In this document: positions 36,141-58,019 of the stretch, one piece after another
Position numbering within the stretch: position 1 is the first letter of the stretch
How the letters are laid out: each line of letters starts with the position of its first letter
NCBI RefSeq assembly: GCF_009914755.1
Contig: NC_060932.1
Strand: one strand, 5' to 3'
DNA from: the human T2T-CHM13v2.0 reference genome, Homo sapiens
Length of the DNA stretch: 64,000 bases
The notes under the pieces: generated by a model
Told to the model about the DNA's origin: nothing
Database searches by the model: none
Seen by the model: only the letters and a program-made list of their open reading frames with translations
Program-made: the position numbers and the translations under genes

Positions 36141-37471
36141 TAGCCACACTTTTACTACATTTCTGGAGGAGACGCCACCTTTCATTCTCAAAAAACTTCA
36201 AATCTTATCCATTTCCCTGCCCCTCATCTTGTCCCTTTCCCAAAGAGACAAGTCTAGGTTCCTCTCACTTTGTTACGCAGAGCAGTTCAGCACAATCAAA
36301 ATAATTCTTCTTTCCTAGTGGACAGAGTCATCTTCAAAGAGTATTTTCCCTGGATATGAACATGTCACTCCCTTAATCTGATAAAATGGTTGTGGGAAAT
36401 TCTTGCTTTAAGTGGCACTTTCCACTTCTTATTCCAGAGGGAAATAACTGGGCATGGTAAGAACGGAGAGTGACATTTGGGAGCTGAATATGAGAATGTT
36501 ACTGCCCTAGTTGCAGCTGGTGCCCTCCTGGTGTACACTCTTTTGACCTTTCACCTTCTAAGCTCACTTTTGGGGCTTAAAGTTTTACATAGATCAGATT
36601 TGGGTTTAGGGTGGGAATGGTATAGAAGCTAAAGAGTTACTTTATTCAATATTCATGCCTTAACTCCTAAAACAGAATTTCAGGGATTCAGACACCACCC
36701 CTTGCCTCTAGTTGACATTTGATAAGTGTTGATTGGGATGTTTAATTAATAATTAATTATGTACAAAGAAGAAATTTTACTCTACAAACTCAAAAGTATA
36801 GTAAGTATCTTATACTTCTGAGTATTTGTTTAAAACCAAATGGGCATGCCTATCTCTTTCCTGTACTGAAATTCTGGAGCCTTATGGATATGCATCATTA
36901 TGAAGACTGTCTTTTCCATAGGATAGGTTCCTAAATGTGGAATTTTCAGGTCAAAGGGTAAGTGTATTTTGAATTTCAACATAGAGTTCCACATACTGAC
37001 TCATCCTCAAAAGTATGAGTTTCTGATTAACTGCACATCACTGGCCTGAAAATCATCAATCTTTTCAACTGCAGATGGGTAAAAATTCAATTTTGTTTTT
37101 ATTTTAATTTGCATTTCCCTGTCTACTGGCAAGATTGAGCACTGTTTTATATGCTTATATAGCATCTGTACTTCCTTTGATACACTGGATCTTTTGTCTT
37201 CTTACTGCTTTGTAAAACCCTTATGTAAGTAAGGGCTCTTAACTCTTTTCTGCGTGTTTATGCTCATTTAATTTACCATTTGTCTTTTGACTATCTATAG
37301 GCTAGTAAAGACACAGTCCCCTGCCCCTCAGCTCATATTCCAGTGAAAGCATCAGAGGAAAGACAGATAACCTGATAAAGCTACACACAGCTAATACATC
37401 TCAATAAATGTCAGATGGGGCATTTCTAATATTTGAAGGCTAAATTTGTTTTCTCATTAAAAGTACCTTTA

Positions 37472-38362
<891 letters not shown>

Positions 38363-38519
38363 TGATAGAGATTTTGCATTGATCTCCGCTGAGCCTTTAA
38401 ACTCTAAATATATACATAAATGACATCTGAGAAGTCTTGCTTTCTTCAAATAGTTGATTATGCGAAAAGAAGTTTCAAATTTTAGTATCTTAAAATCAGA
38501 CAGCCTATTTCCCTGTTTA

Positions 38520-39520
38520 GTATTCACTCACTTAACAGATATTGATTGCATACCTCGATATACTAGGCACTGTTTTAAGTGCCGTGGGTATAACATGACA
38601 TCCATATGTTCGTGGAACTTACATCCTAGTTGGGGGGGAGAGTGACATTAAGCCAGTAAAAACATAAGTATATAATATGTCAGATGGTGATATATACTGC
38701 AAAGAAAAAAATAGGGCAGCATAAGTGGAGGGTTACAAGGTGAATTGTGTTCCCCCTCCCCCAAATCCTAACCCCCAGTACTGGAAATGTGATATTATTT
38801 GGAAAGAGGTTCTTTGATCAGGTCAAAATGAGATCACTAGGGTAGACCCTAATCTCAGATGACTAGTGTCCTTATACAATGGGGAAATCTGGGCACAGAC
38901 ATGCACACAGGGAGAATGCCATGTAAAGAAAAAGGCAGAGATCAGGGCAATGCTTCTATGAGCCAAGGAACACTGAAGACTGTCAGCAAACCACCAGAAG
39001 CTAGCAGAGAGGCACAGCACAGATTCTTCCTTGTAGCCTGGTGAACAAAACAACTCAGCTGACACCCTGATCTCAGACTTCTCGCTACCAGAACTGTGAG
39101 ACAACAATTTTCTGGTGTTCAAGACACCCCAATTTGTGGTGCTTTATTATGGTAGCCCTAGGCAACTAATACAGAGAGGGAAAGGAAGATTTTAGATGGG
39201 GCGGGGAGTGTGAGGAATGTTGACATGTGAACAGATAACTGAATTGTGTCAAACAGTTCACTGTGAGTCACATATAATAGTAGAGGGAACAGCACATGTG
39301 AAGGTCCTCTGGTGGGAGAATGCTTGGCATGTGTAAGGAACACCAAGTCAGGGTACCTGATGTATAATGAACAAAGTTGGGGGGAAAGGGAGGAGACAGG
39401 CTAGACCATGTTGTGACCTGTGGCCATGTGTGGACAGCTGGCCTTTTCTCTGGGTAAGATGAGAAGGTATTGGAAGGTTGTGAGCAGAGAAGTGACATCC
39501 CCATTGTCATAAGTAGAGAA
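38520..39520. mobile_element. L2 remnant interrupted by an MLT1-like LTR (38735-39172)
   Basis: L2 motifs tattcactcacttaacagatattgattg and gagcagagaagtgacat; MLT1 motif ccagaactgtgagacaacaattttctgg. Confidence 0.72.
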
Positions 39521-41421
39521 TTCAGTTTTTGGTTAAGCAGAAACTAAGTTCCAAGTTCCTGGTTTATGGTTTTGTTTATGCATCTGTGTTAGCCAGGACT
39601 CTTGGGTTGCAAGTGAAAAGATCCAACTCAAACTCTCCTAAGCAAGGGAAATAATTTACTAGCTCACATAACCAACAACCAGTCTATGAATACTTTAGGC
39701 ACAGCTAGAATTTGGGGATCAACCCATATTGTCAAAAATCTGTCTCCTTTTATTCCTCTTTCAGCTCTGCTTTTTCTCTGTTGACTTCATTTGCAGGCAG
39801 GCTCTTACAGTATTGCAGCAAAAGAACCCCTACCAGCTCTAGAGTTGCATGCTTGTCAGTGTTGGAAATATCAGGCAATGTTCTCTCTTCTCTACCATCT
39901 ATATAATCCCCCCTGAAAGTGCTGTTTGGCTTCCTCAGGTCATGTGTCAACACCTGCAGTAATCAATGATAATTTCTAGAGATAGTACTCTAATTGGCTG
40001 GCCTGGATCATGTCTACTACAGTGGAAAGAGAGCAGACCCACAGGTTGGACTGTCTGGGTGGATGAGCATTTACCAAAAGAAAGAGTTCTGTCAGGGTGG
40101 TGTTGCACAGCTCCAGACTCAAATCCATCTTGTAGTCCATCTGTTTGGGACCTCCTGGAGTTGTGCAGTGTACAACCTGAGAGGCCATACAGAGTGGTTC
40201 TTGGTTCTATAACCTAAATAAGGAGGAAAGGAAGCTGGGCAGCCCAAACAGCAGGCATCCCCTACTGTATCTAATTACAAAGTTAGTCATTTGTAACTTT
40301 AAGAAAGGACTTTTTTAAGAAAAGACTGTTTATGACAAGGTCTTGGCTGGGCTTCTGGCTTCATGGAACAAAATATGACATAAAATTCTAATCTACAGTA
40401 GATACATAAATACATTTGTTTTAATTTACCCAGGGAACAATACCTAATAGTCCTAACTGCGGTACACTTTTAAACTTAGGACAAGCAGATAATTCACCTT
40501 TGACAGCAATAGTATAAATGGAGTTATAATTCATAAATGCAATGGTTCTTCCTTCTAAGAACTTTGAGCATTCACTTATTTGATAACTATTAATATTGAT
40601 AGGCACTGTGTTGGAAATTGCAAATATAGTAGAAGAACCAAACAAACTTGGTTCCCTTCCTCAAGAGTGAGATGGACACTTAGCAATGAACATACAATAC
40701 ATACTTTTATATAGTGATAAGTACCAAGAAGGAAAAGAACTGTGTTCTATTAGAGAAATTAGCAAGAAGTGGGGAGCTGATTTAGACTGGGACCAGGGAC
40801 TTACCTGAGGTTGTGACATTTAAGAAGAGTGCTAAGGGATAAATAGAAATTAGCCAGATCAAGAGTGAGAAAGAGAGGAAGAATATCCCAGGCAGAGGAA
40901 ATGACATACGCAAAGGCTTTAAAGAGCTTAAGATATCACCAGACATTCCTGGCCAGGCCCACTGTTATCCCGGATGCTTACCATTTCCATTGTTTATTGA
41001 TGTTCATAATATTTCAAATGAACTAAATCATACACATCCTCTTTTCATCATTACCTGGTAGACTGAATGTTTAGCTTCTCCCCTCCGATTGTGCCTTACA
41101 TATATATTAATGTATTAATATATGAAGATCACAAAGTGATAAAAGTGTTCAAAAGGTAGAATTTATTAAAGGATGATTATATAATTATTTCATGTTGACA
41201 ATATGTCTTCAATTGTTTTGCAATCTTTTAACATTTCTGTTTTTATAACTGCATGGTATGAAAAAGAGGATGAAATGAGTTAGAAAGAGCTGGAGACACC
41301 AAGTGTAGATAGGAATTTCACATTTAAAGTTAATTCTTGGAAGTTCTCTTCTGGCATCTGCTAAGTGAAGGATGGAGACCTGGGTTCTAACTACTGGTGA
41401 GCAGTTAAAACGTGAACATCT

Positions 41422-42194
<773 letters not shown>

Positions 42195-43007
42195 CATCTG
42201 GTGCTTCTTAATGAGCTGTAGGCACAAAGGGATGAGGAGACTGAAGTGAGGGGTCATACAGAGGCATGTGGAGTCATGTAGAGTCATGGAGACAACCTTA
42301 CAGGAAGGGAACAAGGGGATTAAGCAACCTGACTTTCCTTTCCTTCATCTCTCCCTCCCTCTCTTTGATTCTATATGAACCCAACTAGAAGCCAGAAGTC
42401 ATGAGCATCTATCCATGTGGTCCATACAGGTCTGCCCTCCAGGTAGAAAGTAGGATGAAGAGGAAGAGTAGATCTGACCTAAAGAGGCAAATGTATTTTG
42501 CCATAAATTTCCACAGACTTTCTACCAACCCTTAGGTGTTTAGCTAGCCAGTAGCTGGTTGTCTACTTCTATCCAGTTTTTCCTGATAATATTTCATAGT
42601 TCATAGAGGCTGGGTATGTATTAGAAAATAACAAAAGTGTTTATCTGCTGATTCCTAGGATACCCTACAAATTGGATAGGTAGTGTCAACTCCTGCTTTT
42701 CTAGTTTCAGAGTTATTTACTGTGGGTTTTTTTTGTTTTAACATCTAGCCAGTCACCTCCTAAAAATGAACAATCCAACAGACTTCTGCAATCATGTGCA
42801 CTTGGAACAAGTCCCTAATTAAATGATGACATCCTCTGAAGAAAGACATTTTGTCATACTGCTATCACCTCCACTGCTCATCTTGGTTTTTCAGTATTAC
42901 AGAAGTTTCCAAACATGAAGAATATGGAGAATAAGATAATGTATATTCATATGTCTGCCATCCTGATTTAGAAAATTTTAATAATTTGACATGTTTGCTT
43001 CAGAATA

Positions 43008-45206
<2,199 letters not shown>

Positions 45207-46669
45207 TCAAGTTCCTCTTTTTCATAGCTGCTGATAATAGGTTCCTTAAAATCAGATAACTGTAAGGCTTGACTATTAAACGAATAGTGGAAACCCTTCA
45301 CAAGGGGAAATATTCCTTTCAACTTTGTATTTTCTTCATATTCTGCCCTTCTTAAACTTGCTGAGTCTGATTTGCTCTTTCAGTCACTAAGACTGCAAGC
45401 CTGTATGGTGCCTTGTTATAAATGAGAAGGTCCCCATCTGGGCTGAGGCAGCCCTGCAGGCACATGCCTCTCTGTGTGAAGAGAAAGGCTACCCTTCCTC
45501 TGAGCAGAGACAATGCCACACCAGCCCACACCAGCCCCTCTTGCTCCCTTAGCCAGGCATGTTTGTGCAGTGCACACACTGCATAACCTGGTGTCTTATT
45601 TCCGGTGCCAAAAAACTTGGCCTTCAGAACAATACACTAACACCTCCCAATGCCAGGCACTTGGCCAGGCACTGGAGATAAAAAGAGGAGTAAGAAAACA
45701 TCTACCTTTGGCAGTCTGGGAAGAGGGCCATATAAGCAGATCACCACAGTAAGACCTGGCAAAGTGATCAAACATGAACACAAATTGTTATAGGATCAAA
45801 ACTGGGGGAACAACTCTTTTTTTCTTGGATGGGGTTATGGTCAAGGAAAATTCAGGAAGGAAGAGGTGTTTAATTAGGTGTTTGGGGGATGAGTAGAGGT
45901 TCATGAAAGGGAAAAAGGGCATTAGAACTTTTGTGGTGACAAGGACAAACTTAGAGCTCTCTTCCTATAACCCCAAATCTCAGGAAAGCCTTGGGTTGCG
46001 GCTTACTTTGATTTAGGACTTGAATCACACCATTTTTGTTGGGTTTGTCTTTCTACATGTCTTTTTGCCTTTGAAGTGATCCAGACAAGCTTAGCAGTGG
46101 GGTTTGTAAAAACAGTGTAATAAACATTGCCCATTTGCCAGGACTGTCCTCTGTGTAGCTCTCTTGGGAGTCTGTAGAGGCCGTAGGTGGCTGGTTAAAG
46201 GCTGGGGATTTGGGATTATCACCAAATGGCCTCCTTGAAGATACAGCACACAAGGACAATCCAGAAAGAGGGAACAGCATAATCCCACAATATTTTGTTT
46301 GCCAAATGGAAATCTCTTTAGTGACAAACATTTAACTTAGCACCAGGTGTGACCTTCAGTTATGCAATAGAATTGTGGATCAGCTAGGATGAAATTTCTT
46401 ATTTCCCTAGAAGAATGTTTTGTCCAGAAACACTATCCCAAGGCAACAGACTATATTTCCAACTCTGTGAGCCTTTTCCCTTCTTGGCACGTGCTACTGG
46501 TTGCTAGACGAATCAGGAGGCAGTATGTGCATAGAACAGCTCCTCACAAGTCACTGTCATTCTAAGAAAAAAACTCAGTATGTGTCCTTTTGGCAGGAAG
46601 TCAGAAACATGTTCTCTGGACCATTAAGGGACAGCATCTTTTGTTATAAATGTGTTATATTTGTTCTTT

Positions 46670-46995
46670 GACCTTCATCTATATCCTTTATAATAAACCA
46701 GTAAATATATATAAGTGTTTCCCTGATATCTGGGAGCCATCATAGCAAATTATCAAACCTGAGGAGGAAGGTCCTGAAAATCCTTGATTTGTAGCCAAGT
46801 CAAACAAAAGCATGGGTAACCTAAGGACTCACTAATTGCTACTGGTGTCCAAAGTAGGGGGCAGCCTTGTGAGACTGAGCTCTGAACCTGTGGATTCTGT
46901 CCTAACTGTGTAGTCCTGAAAATGCTTGGTGTGGAAGATCTATACATGTAGTGTCAGAAGGGTTGCATAAGTATAGAAAAATTGTTTTTCCTTTT
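46670..46995. mobile_element. MER21-like LTR fragment
   Basis: Similar to 3380-4060: atatcctttataataa...taagtgtttccctga...tttgtagccaagt...gtgtcagaagggttg. Confidence 0.7.
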
Positions 46996-47199
46996 TAGTA
47001 GTGGTTCATCTAAAAAGTATTTAATTGTGGAAAATATAAGGATTGAATAAGGGCATAGTTAATGTGTTATATCTGTTAAGATGAACTATAATGCTGTAAT
47101 TAAAAATGTTTATGAAGGTTCAATATAATAAAAATACCAGTTTTCCATACATTAGGTATAAATTTAACATAGCTGTAATGAAAATACCTTCAGAATTAT

Positions 47200-47825
47200 T
47201 TTAATCGAATGGCTGATCCTAAAAGCCAAATGGGAAAATAAACAAGAATGGCCAGGAAGACCGGGGAAGAGAAAAAGAGTAATGAAGAAGGACTAGCCCT
47301 ACTAGATATCTATGAAAACATATTTTAAAGACGCAATAGTTAAAAGAGTTTACTACTAGAACATTAATAGACAAATGGAACACTATAGACACAAAGTATA
47401 TGCATGAGTTTATTCTGTGAAAAAGGAAGCATCTCAAATCAAAGGAGGAAAAGGTGGACTACTGAATAAATGATAGTAAGACAACTACTAGATATAAAGA
47501 AAAAAGTTAGATTCATACCTTCCTAATCTTTACCCCTCCAAAAAAAAAAAAAAAGAAATGTAAAAAAGTGAAATCTACAAGTAGTACGAGAGAAACCAGA
47601 AGGACTAGAAGAAAGCAAGGGATTCTTTTAACACATTTAAAATGGGGAAGGCCTTTTTAAAGACTGCAAAATCCAGAAGCCATAAAAGTAAATATTGTAA
47701 ATTTGACTAGATAAAAATATATTGCAAAATTTCTGCATGGCAAAGATTCCACAAGCAAAGACAAAACTAAAACCTAACTGAGGAAAATAATAATGATCTA
47801 TATTACAGACAAAGGACTAATCCCC
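47200..47825 (+). mobile_element. Degraded old L1 (ORF2 3' region) fragment
   Basis: A-rich with L1M motifs (atagacaaatggaac; aaaatccagaagccataaaag; atttctgcatggcaaa). Confidence 0.65.
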
Positions 47826-48621
47826 CTCACGTGTCATGGCAGCTAGCTTCCCACAGAGTAAGTGATGAGAGAGAGAGAGAGAGCACCCAAGATGAAATAT
47901 GGAAGGTGCAGACCTTTTATAACCTAATCGCAGGAGTGACATTGGGTTTTTCTTTCGAATTTTTCTGATTTGTTTCCCTGTGGTGTCGATTTATCTTGTT
48001 TCTTGTCTTTTTCTTATAAACTTTAAAATTAGATTTAGAAGCTTAATTAACTTTATGTTAAGCCTTTTTGCCAAGAATATTTCATATGTAGTATATTGAA
48101 TTTTATGTTTCCTTTTATTAGTGAAGCAACTTTCCCAGAAGCACCACAGTGGACTTGTTCTCAAGTCTAATTGGCCAGATCAGGGAAATATGCACTGTCC
48201 TGGACCAGTCACTGGTGATGAAAGGGTAACACCCGCCACCGGGGTTCTGCTACTACACAGGATGAAGAAAGGTAATTTCAGAGAGTAAAAACCAAAGTTG
48301 CATGAATTGGTTAGAGTTCTTAGGGCCAGAGGACAAGGTGCTTTACCTTGGGTTTAAACAAAAACATTAACTTGGAGTCACAAAGGCAAGTGGCCAGAGT
48401 TGAGGCAGAAAGGTAAATTGAGGCCACATCATGGACGGACTGCATATAACACACAGTAAATGCTGTCAAGTAGGGAAACGCCATGATCAGATGGACATTT
48501 TAGAAAGAACCAGTCTGGCCATAGCAAGAAAAGTCTAGGCAAATCTGGAGGCAAGAGGGATTCAAGTGTAGGCAGCTGCTGGCTGGGATCAGCTAGTTGG
48601 TAGCAGCTAGACCCAACTCTA

Positions 48622-48959
<338 letters not shown>

Positions 48960-49599
48960 TTATAAATCAAGTTAGTAAACTGTTAAAAGCTCTGTCTTCC
49001 TGCCTTGATAAATACATCTTCCTAAGGACCTGAAAGGTCAGGTTTACATTGAAAATTTTGACTCCTTGGAGTTCCATGCTGGACCTTGGAGGCCCAGACA
49101 AGCAGGCTCTGGCCTATGGCCGTCTTCACTTCCTTTCCCTGTCCAAGTAAGATTGTGGAATAACACAGATATTTTGAATGTTTGGATCTTACCCGACTAC
49201 TTACTATTTATGTGAACTGAGGCACTTCAGCTTCTACAATTTTCAAGTGACAGCCATTGGGGTAAAGCAGGAAACAAAATAATGGCACTGCCCGTATGGA
49301 ACCCAGAGGATACTGGGAGAAAAAAGTCAGCAAGCAGGTTAGCTATAGGTAGTGGTTGATAATGGCCTACTGTGTGGCTTCTCTGAGAGATGTGTGTGCT
49401 TTTCTGCTGGAGGTGTTAGGTGGCCAGTGGTTCCCAAACAGGGCGACATTTCCAGAGGCCTTTGGGGGTGTGTGGGCGTTTGGTGGTCACCAAGACTGGG
49501 CATTCACCTATTGCAAACTTCCAGCAACGTGCGGGACAGCGCTATTGCGCCCAAAGTGCCAAGGCAGCCCCTGTTGAGAAACAGTGCAAGGTGTTCTGT

Positions 49600-50350
<751 letters not shown>

Positions 50351-51137
50351 CACAAAATTATGGCAAAATTCCTTCGACTGCCCACGCTTGTCGCCTTATC
50401 TGAACCTTAATTTTAGCCGAATTCAGCGTTTTTGCATGAATAACCTTTGTTATTCACAGAACGTCTATTAGTTTTAACCACAACGGTAGCCAACTTTGAG
50501 TTCTTTCTGTGTGCCTGGCATTATGCAAAGCAGATTACGAGTAATTAGTCTTCATTACAAGTTGCGACGGACAAATGTAGACCTATCATTTAAGGTTGTG
50601 AGTTATAAAGCATTTAGAACAATTCCTGGCATATAGTAAGGGCACAGTGAGTGGAAGTCATTATTATCTCATTTAACAGACAAGGAAACTGGGTTTTATA
50701 GTGATTAGAGAATTTGCCACAGGTTCACAAGAATAGCCTCATAAAGTCAGAGCCCTGAAGTGTTTTGTTTGTCGGGCGTAGTGCTGGGAAGGCCTGACAC
50801 TTGGGTGTCGCTCCTTAATCATTTGTGGAGGTGGGTTGGATCAATCAGGTCACCTGGTTCATGCGGCAGGGACCCCTGGGAATCCAGGCCTGACTGCTGA
50901 GACCAGTGGCTTAGCCCCTCTGCCCTTCTGCTATGTCTCATTTGAAAGACTGGGGTAAGGTCTTGAAGTACTTGGTCTCAAGGACTTACCAAAAGTACTT
51001 GAATGACTAAACTACCTTGAAGTTGATCATGCAAGTAAAACCGTTTTTTTTTTAATTCCATTTTAGAGAAAAGCAGCATAACACAACAAAATGCATGCAT
51101 TTCAGTGTTTTGTTTATAATCCCTTTTAAAAATTGTG

Positions 51138-52568
<1,431 letters not shown>

Positions 52569-54239
52569 TCATTTGTAAATGTTTACTCTTACCTTATAGC
52601 CTGGTGTTGTGAGGATTAAATGTGATGATATAGTAAAAAATGCTTAGCAGAGTTCAGACACATGACAAATATAAGTTTAAAAAATAAAAATAAACTTGAA
52701 ATAGAATTTCTGGCTTCTAATTGTCCATCAATAATCTCTGCAAGATTTGGCCTCTGAAATTATGCAGGGTTGTTTTGGACGTGCATTTTATGCAAGGCCT
52801 CTAAATAGCAGGAAAAATAGCAGGCCATAACTTCGGGTTCACCATCCTCGGCTCTCCTAGCAATTTAGGTTTTTGGGAAAATCTCAAACCTAATTTACAT
52901 AGGCTTCTCCGACTTTGGCTTTGAGGAGGATAAACACAGAGCCTCAGGCTGTAGTGAGAAGGTGAGGAGGTACTACTGGTGGTGTTGGAGTGCACTAATG
53001 TTCTTTACTTTGCTGCAATCTCACCAGGGAATCACTTCCTTTGTGCCTCAGTGGCACAGGTCCATGGTACTAACACACAACAATCCTAATACCCCGTGTG
53101 CTTGTTTCTTATATGTCTGTCTCTCTCAACTCAATCGAAGTCAGTACCCATCTTCAGTGTCTGGAACAGTGCCTGGCACATAGTAGGCACTGCATAGATG
53201 TTAGAATGAATGAGAGGTTATTTGCCCTATTGCCATATAAAGCTGTTATATATACATCCGTAATATGGCATTTCTCATTATCTGGGACTGGATAATCTCA
53301 GGTAACTGGATCTTGGTTAGATGCTTAGGACATTCTTGTATATCCATAGTTCAATAATTCACATTTATAACGATGATCCTAAGTGATGAAGAAATGGCTA
53401 AATAATCAGTATATCATGTTTAATGTGGTGAAGGGGGTAATATTGTTTAGAAAAATTTCCATCCAAAATTTAAAAATATATTTAATACGGCAGATCCTTG
53501 GCTGTGTGGAAGACTTTATTTTCCAAATGTTACTACAGTTCTATTATGTCTTCATTTCATTTTTCATTTCCCTCTAAGAAGCTTGAAGTACTTCACATAC
53601 TGCTTTTTTTTAGGAGATAACCTTGGTAGGTTATTAAGCTTCATTTGCAAATTGGGAAATAGACAGGAGTGATTGGTGTCATTTCTATTAATAACCAGTT
53701 CGGTGATGGAAGTTAAGATTGTAGTTTGATTCCCATTCAGTGTTTTTCTCACTGTTTCATGTTAACTTCAAGTGTTTTAAACACTTCTGAAGTTTGGAGA
53801 CTTTTTATGGCAAAATACAATTTAAAAAATGTCAACTATAGAGCTGCTTTGCCTTCGCTGTCCTTAGAAACTTTTGGGGAACCATTTTGTTCCCCAAAGG
53901 TGAAACTGCTTAGGGTGAGATCTTTTTAGCAGTACTCTTGAGATAGCAAGGTTACTGTTTGTGACCTCTTCTTTTGATTTATGTGGCAATTGGGGGAGAC
54001 TGTCAAGGGAATGGCTAGAAGCAGTTTAAGTTCTCTGTTAGGAACATGACAAAGTGTGAACCAGTTGAAAAGTGGGAGAAATCTGAATTTTAGTACCTAA
54101 ACTCTATGGGATGAGGCCCAGGTTAGACTCATATTAAATATTGTTTTATAAGAAGGTTCCAATATATTAAAGTAGGTAAGTACCTTATACTTAAGTCATC
54201 TTTCCTGGAGTGAATATGGTAAGGTCTATATGTTCATAA

Positions 54240-55167
54240 CATTTTATTTTCAAGTAATTGTAAATTTACATAAAAATTACAGAAATAGTACACAGAGAGC
54301 CAATATACTCTTTAGCAGATTCCCTCATTTTTAACACTCTGAAACATTTAAGGATAAGATGCAGACATGATACTTCATTAACTGCCCTTAATACTTTGGT
54401 CTGTATATTGTAAGTACAAGGACGCTTTCCCGTAGAATCACAGTACAGCCATCAAAATCAGGAAATTAAAACTGATCCAGTATTACCATTTAATCCACAG
54501 GCCCCATTCAAATTTTGCTGATTATCTTATTATGTCTTTCATACATCCAAAATCATGTGCTACATGTAGTTATATCTCTCTAGTCTTCTCCAATCTGGAA
54601 CAATTCCTCACATCTTATCTTTCATGAGCTTGATATTTTTTGAAGAGAATAGGCCAGTTACTTTGTAGAAATCTCCTTTGATTTGGGTTTTTAATATTTT
54701 CTCTTGACATGCATTTTTGGCAGGAATATCACAGAAGGGACACTCAGCTTTTCTCTCCATATCATATCAGGCAGCACATGACATTGATTTGTCCTATTAT
54801 TATGATGTTAACCTCTTACTACGTGGTTGAAAAGGTGACTTCCAGATTTTTTTTTTGTAAATTTAATTAAGAATGTTAATTATAAGCAAGAAGTGCATAC
54901 TTACTTCGTGGGGAGATACTTCAGTACTATGTAAGTATTCTTTTTCCATCAAACTTTTACCCCTTTAACATTTTCAGGCATTTATTGATGATTTTTATCT
55001 GAATCAGTTAATACTATGATAGTTATCAAATGGTGATTTTTAAAAATTCCATCATGTCTTCTAAATTTAGTAGTAGGCATTGTATTGGTTGTCAAGCTTT
55101 TCCTTCTCTTCCTATTTATTAATTTTTATTGGTACAAGCTCATAGAGTCCTGTTTCAAATTGTTACT

Positions 55168-55198
<31 letters not shown>

Positions 55199-56345
55199 TA
55201 GAGACAGGATCTCCTGTTACCCAGACTAGAGTGCAGTGGCATGATCATAGCTCACTGTAACCTTGAACTCCTGGGCTCAAGTAATCCTCCCACCTCAGCT
55301 TCCTAAGTAGCTAGGACCACAGGCCCATGCCACCATGCCCAGCTAATTTTTTTATTTTTTAAGTTTTTTGTAAAGACAGTGTCTCACTGTGTTGTCCAGG
55401 CTGGTCTTGAACTCCTGACCTCAAGCCATCCTCCCTGCTCTGCCTCCCACAGTGCTAGATTATAGGCATGAGCCACCATGCTGGGCCCTGTCATTATTTT
55501 TTGATCCTGAAATTGCTGTGGACTTGGCCAGTGAGAACTCTGTCAAGCCAGTTTCTGTGTTCTTTTGAGAAGTTTCCTCCATCCTTTAAACATTTCTTTA
55601 CTTTTTGCTCAAGAAGATGTTTCAGACTTATCTTGTATTTTCCCTGCCCTAGGAATGGAGTCAGTTATTCCTTCCAGGAGCCTGTGTTAGTCTGTTTTGC
55701 ATTGTTATAAAGGAATATCTGAGACTTGGTAATTTGTAAAGAAAAGAGGTTTCTTTGACTCATGGTTCTGCAGGCTGTGCAAGAAGCATGGCACCAGTAT
55801 CTGCTCAGCTTCTGGCAAGGCCTCAGGAAGCTTTTACTTGTGGCAGAAGACGAAGGGGAGCAGGTGTATCACATGGCAAGAGAGGAAGCAAAAGAGAGAA
55901 GGGAGGAGGTGCCGGGCTCTTTTAAGCAACCAGCTGTAGCGTGAACTAATACACTCACTTATCCCCAAGGGGATGGCACCAAACCATTCATGAGGGATCC
56001 ACCCCTGTGACCCAAATACCTCCCACTAGGCCCCACCTCCAACATTGTGGGGGTCACATTTCAACATGAGATTTGGAGGAGACAAATATCCAGATATCAG
56101 AGCCCTAGTTTCTTTCAGTGGAGAATGGTTTCAGAAACCAAGATCTGGGTGCTAGGTGTGTTCACCAATACCGGGAATGTGGGGTGGGGGCTGGGGGCAT
56201 TATTACTTCTAGGCTCTTTCAGCAGGTGCTGCAAGGAAACGTATGTGTGCACACAGTCCTACATGAATTTCTATGTCTTATCTCTGCCTTTCTGTATATC
56301 TGTCTATATGTCTTAAAAACCATACATTCACCCCAATATTTGCTT
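54240..56345 (-). mobile_element. Old L1M fragment interrupted by an Alu (55170-55487) and an MST LTR
   Basis: atcaaaatcaggaaatt; ggccagttactttgtagaa; aaccaagatctgggtgctaggtgtg. Confidence 0.7.
55683..56099 (-). mobile_element. MST-like MaLR solo LTR with 5-bp TSD
   Basis: TG...CA termini flanked by GAGCC (55678-55682, 56100-56104). Confidence 0.85.
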
Positions 56346-56563
56346 GAACTATTTTAACTTGATTTATACTTTTGAAGCTCATTTGAATTCTTACTAAAAC
56401 AAAAGTGATTCTGAAACAGTTAAAATTATAAGTACTACATAAGTCATAGTAAATTGATAGAGATTAGGTGGCATTGGGGTACATTTTTCATAACTTTTAA
56501 GGAACGGTTATAAAAAATAAGACATGTCAGGCCTTTTCTGAACTGAAGCCTCACATTGTTATT

Positions 56564-56912
<349 letters not shown>

Positions 56913-56922
56913 TGAAGAGTAA

Positions 56923-57066
<144 letters not shown>

Positions 57067-58019
57067 TAAAATATTATTTGCGAAATGGTGATATAAGGTG
57101 TTTAATGCTGAACAATAAAGAAATATAGTTGTAATTTATATGTTAGATGTGTTTAAGGTCTCTGCTAGTGATTTCTTTTCCCTGCTAACTGTTTAGGCTT
57201 AGTAATTCAATACCAAAAATAAAACTATCTAATGAACTTAATGGTTCTAGAAATGCCATTCTGGAATTTTTTATTTCTCTTCCCGAGGATATTATAAAAC
57301 TGTGCCATTAACATTGCACATTTGTCTGCTAATTAAATAGGTTAGTCAGAGAATTACTGCTTATTCTTTCCAACAATTGCATAATTTACATGTATATAGC
57401 AGTTTTTCAAAGCATTTTTTAAATTGAGGTTTTAGCTTTAATATCAGTAGGGAATGAAAGCAATTGTAGCAAACCAGGACCTTAGATCATACTAATTCAC
57501 TTTTGTCTAAGAATTCCAAAGGAAGGAGAGATCCTCTTTTTTCTTCTTTAGAATGGAAAGAATATGTACAAATACAAAATAAATTGGAATGGTGGATGGA
57601 GATGAGAGAGTGAAAACTGGAACAGCCTTAGTCTTCTCAGTAATAAATTGAGAGGTCAGATATTGGGAGTGAGGGAGCAGGAGAGGATTCAGCGTCTTGA
57701 AGAGAGTAGCAAATTTTGACACAGATTCTCAGGGAATATGGTAGGAAGTGAACAAGGAACAAATAAAAGGATATGAATATGGCACCGAGGCACAACTGAG
57801 ATTCACAACTGTGAGTCTGTAGAGAGTCTAATAGACTGGCTGTTTTTTCCTCTGGTATCTTCCTGGAAGTCATGGGTTATGATTTTTCACCTCATCCTTT
57901 TTCAAGTGTAAACTGTACATAAGCATGTTAAATCAGTCACAGTTTAGCCATAAATAGTTCCCACCTTGGTCTTTATTATCATTTTTAAATGATTAAAATT
58001 TAATTTTTTAATTTTTAAT

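Noticed and set aside
41100-41123. AT-rich inverted repeat atatattaat-gt-attaatatat
   Set aside because: Low-complexity AT sequence; no evidence of function.
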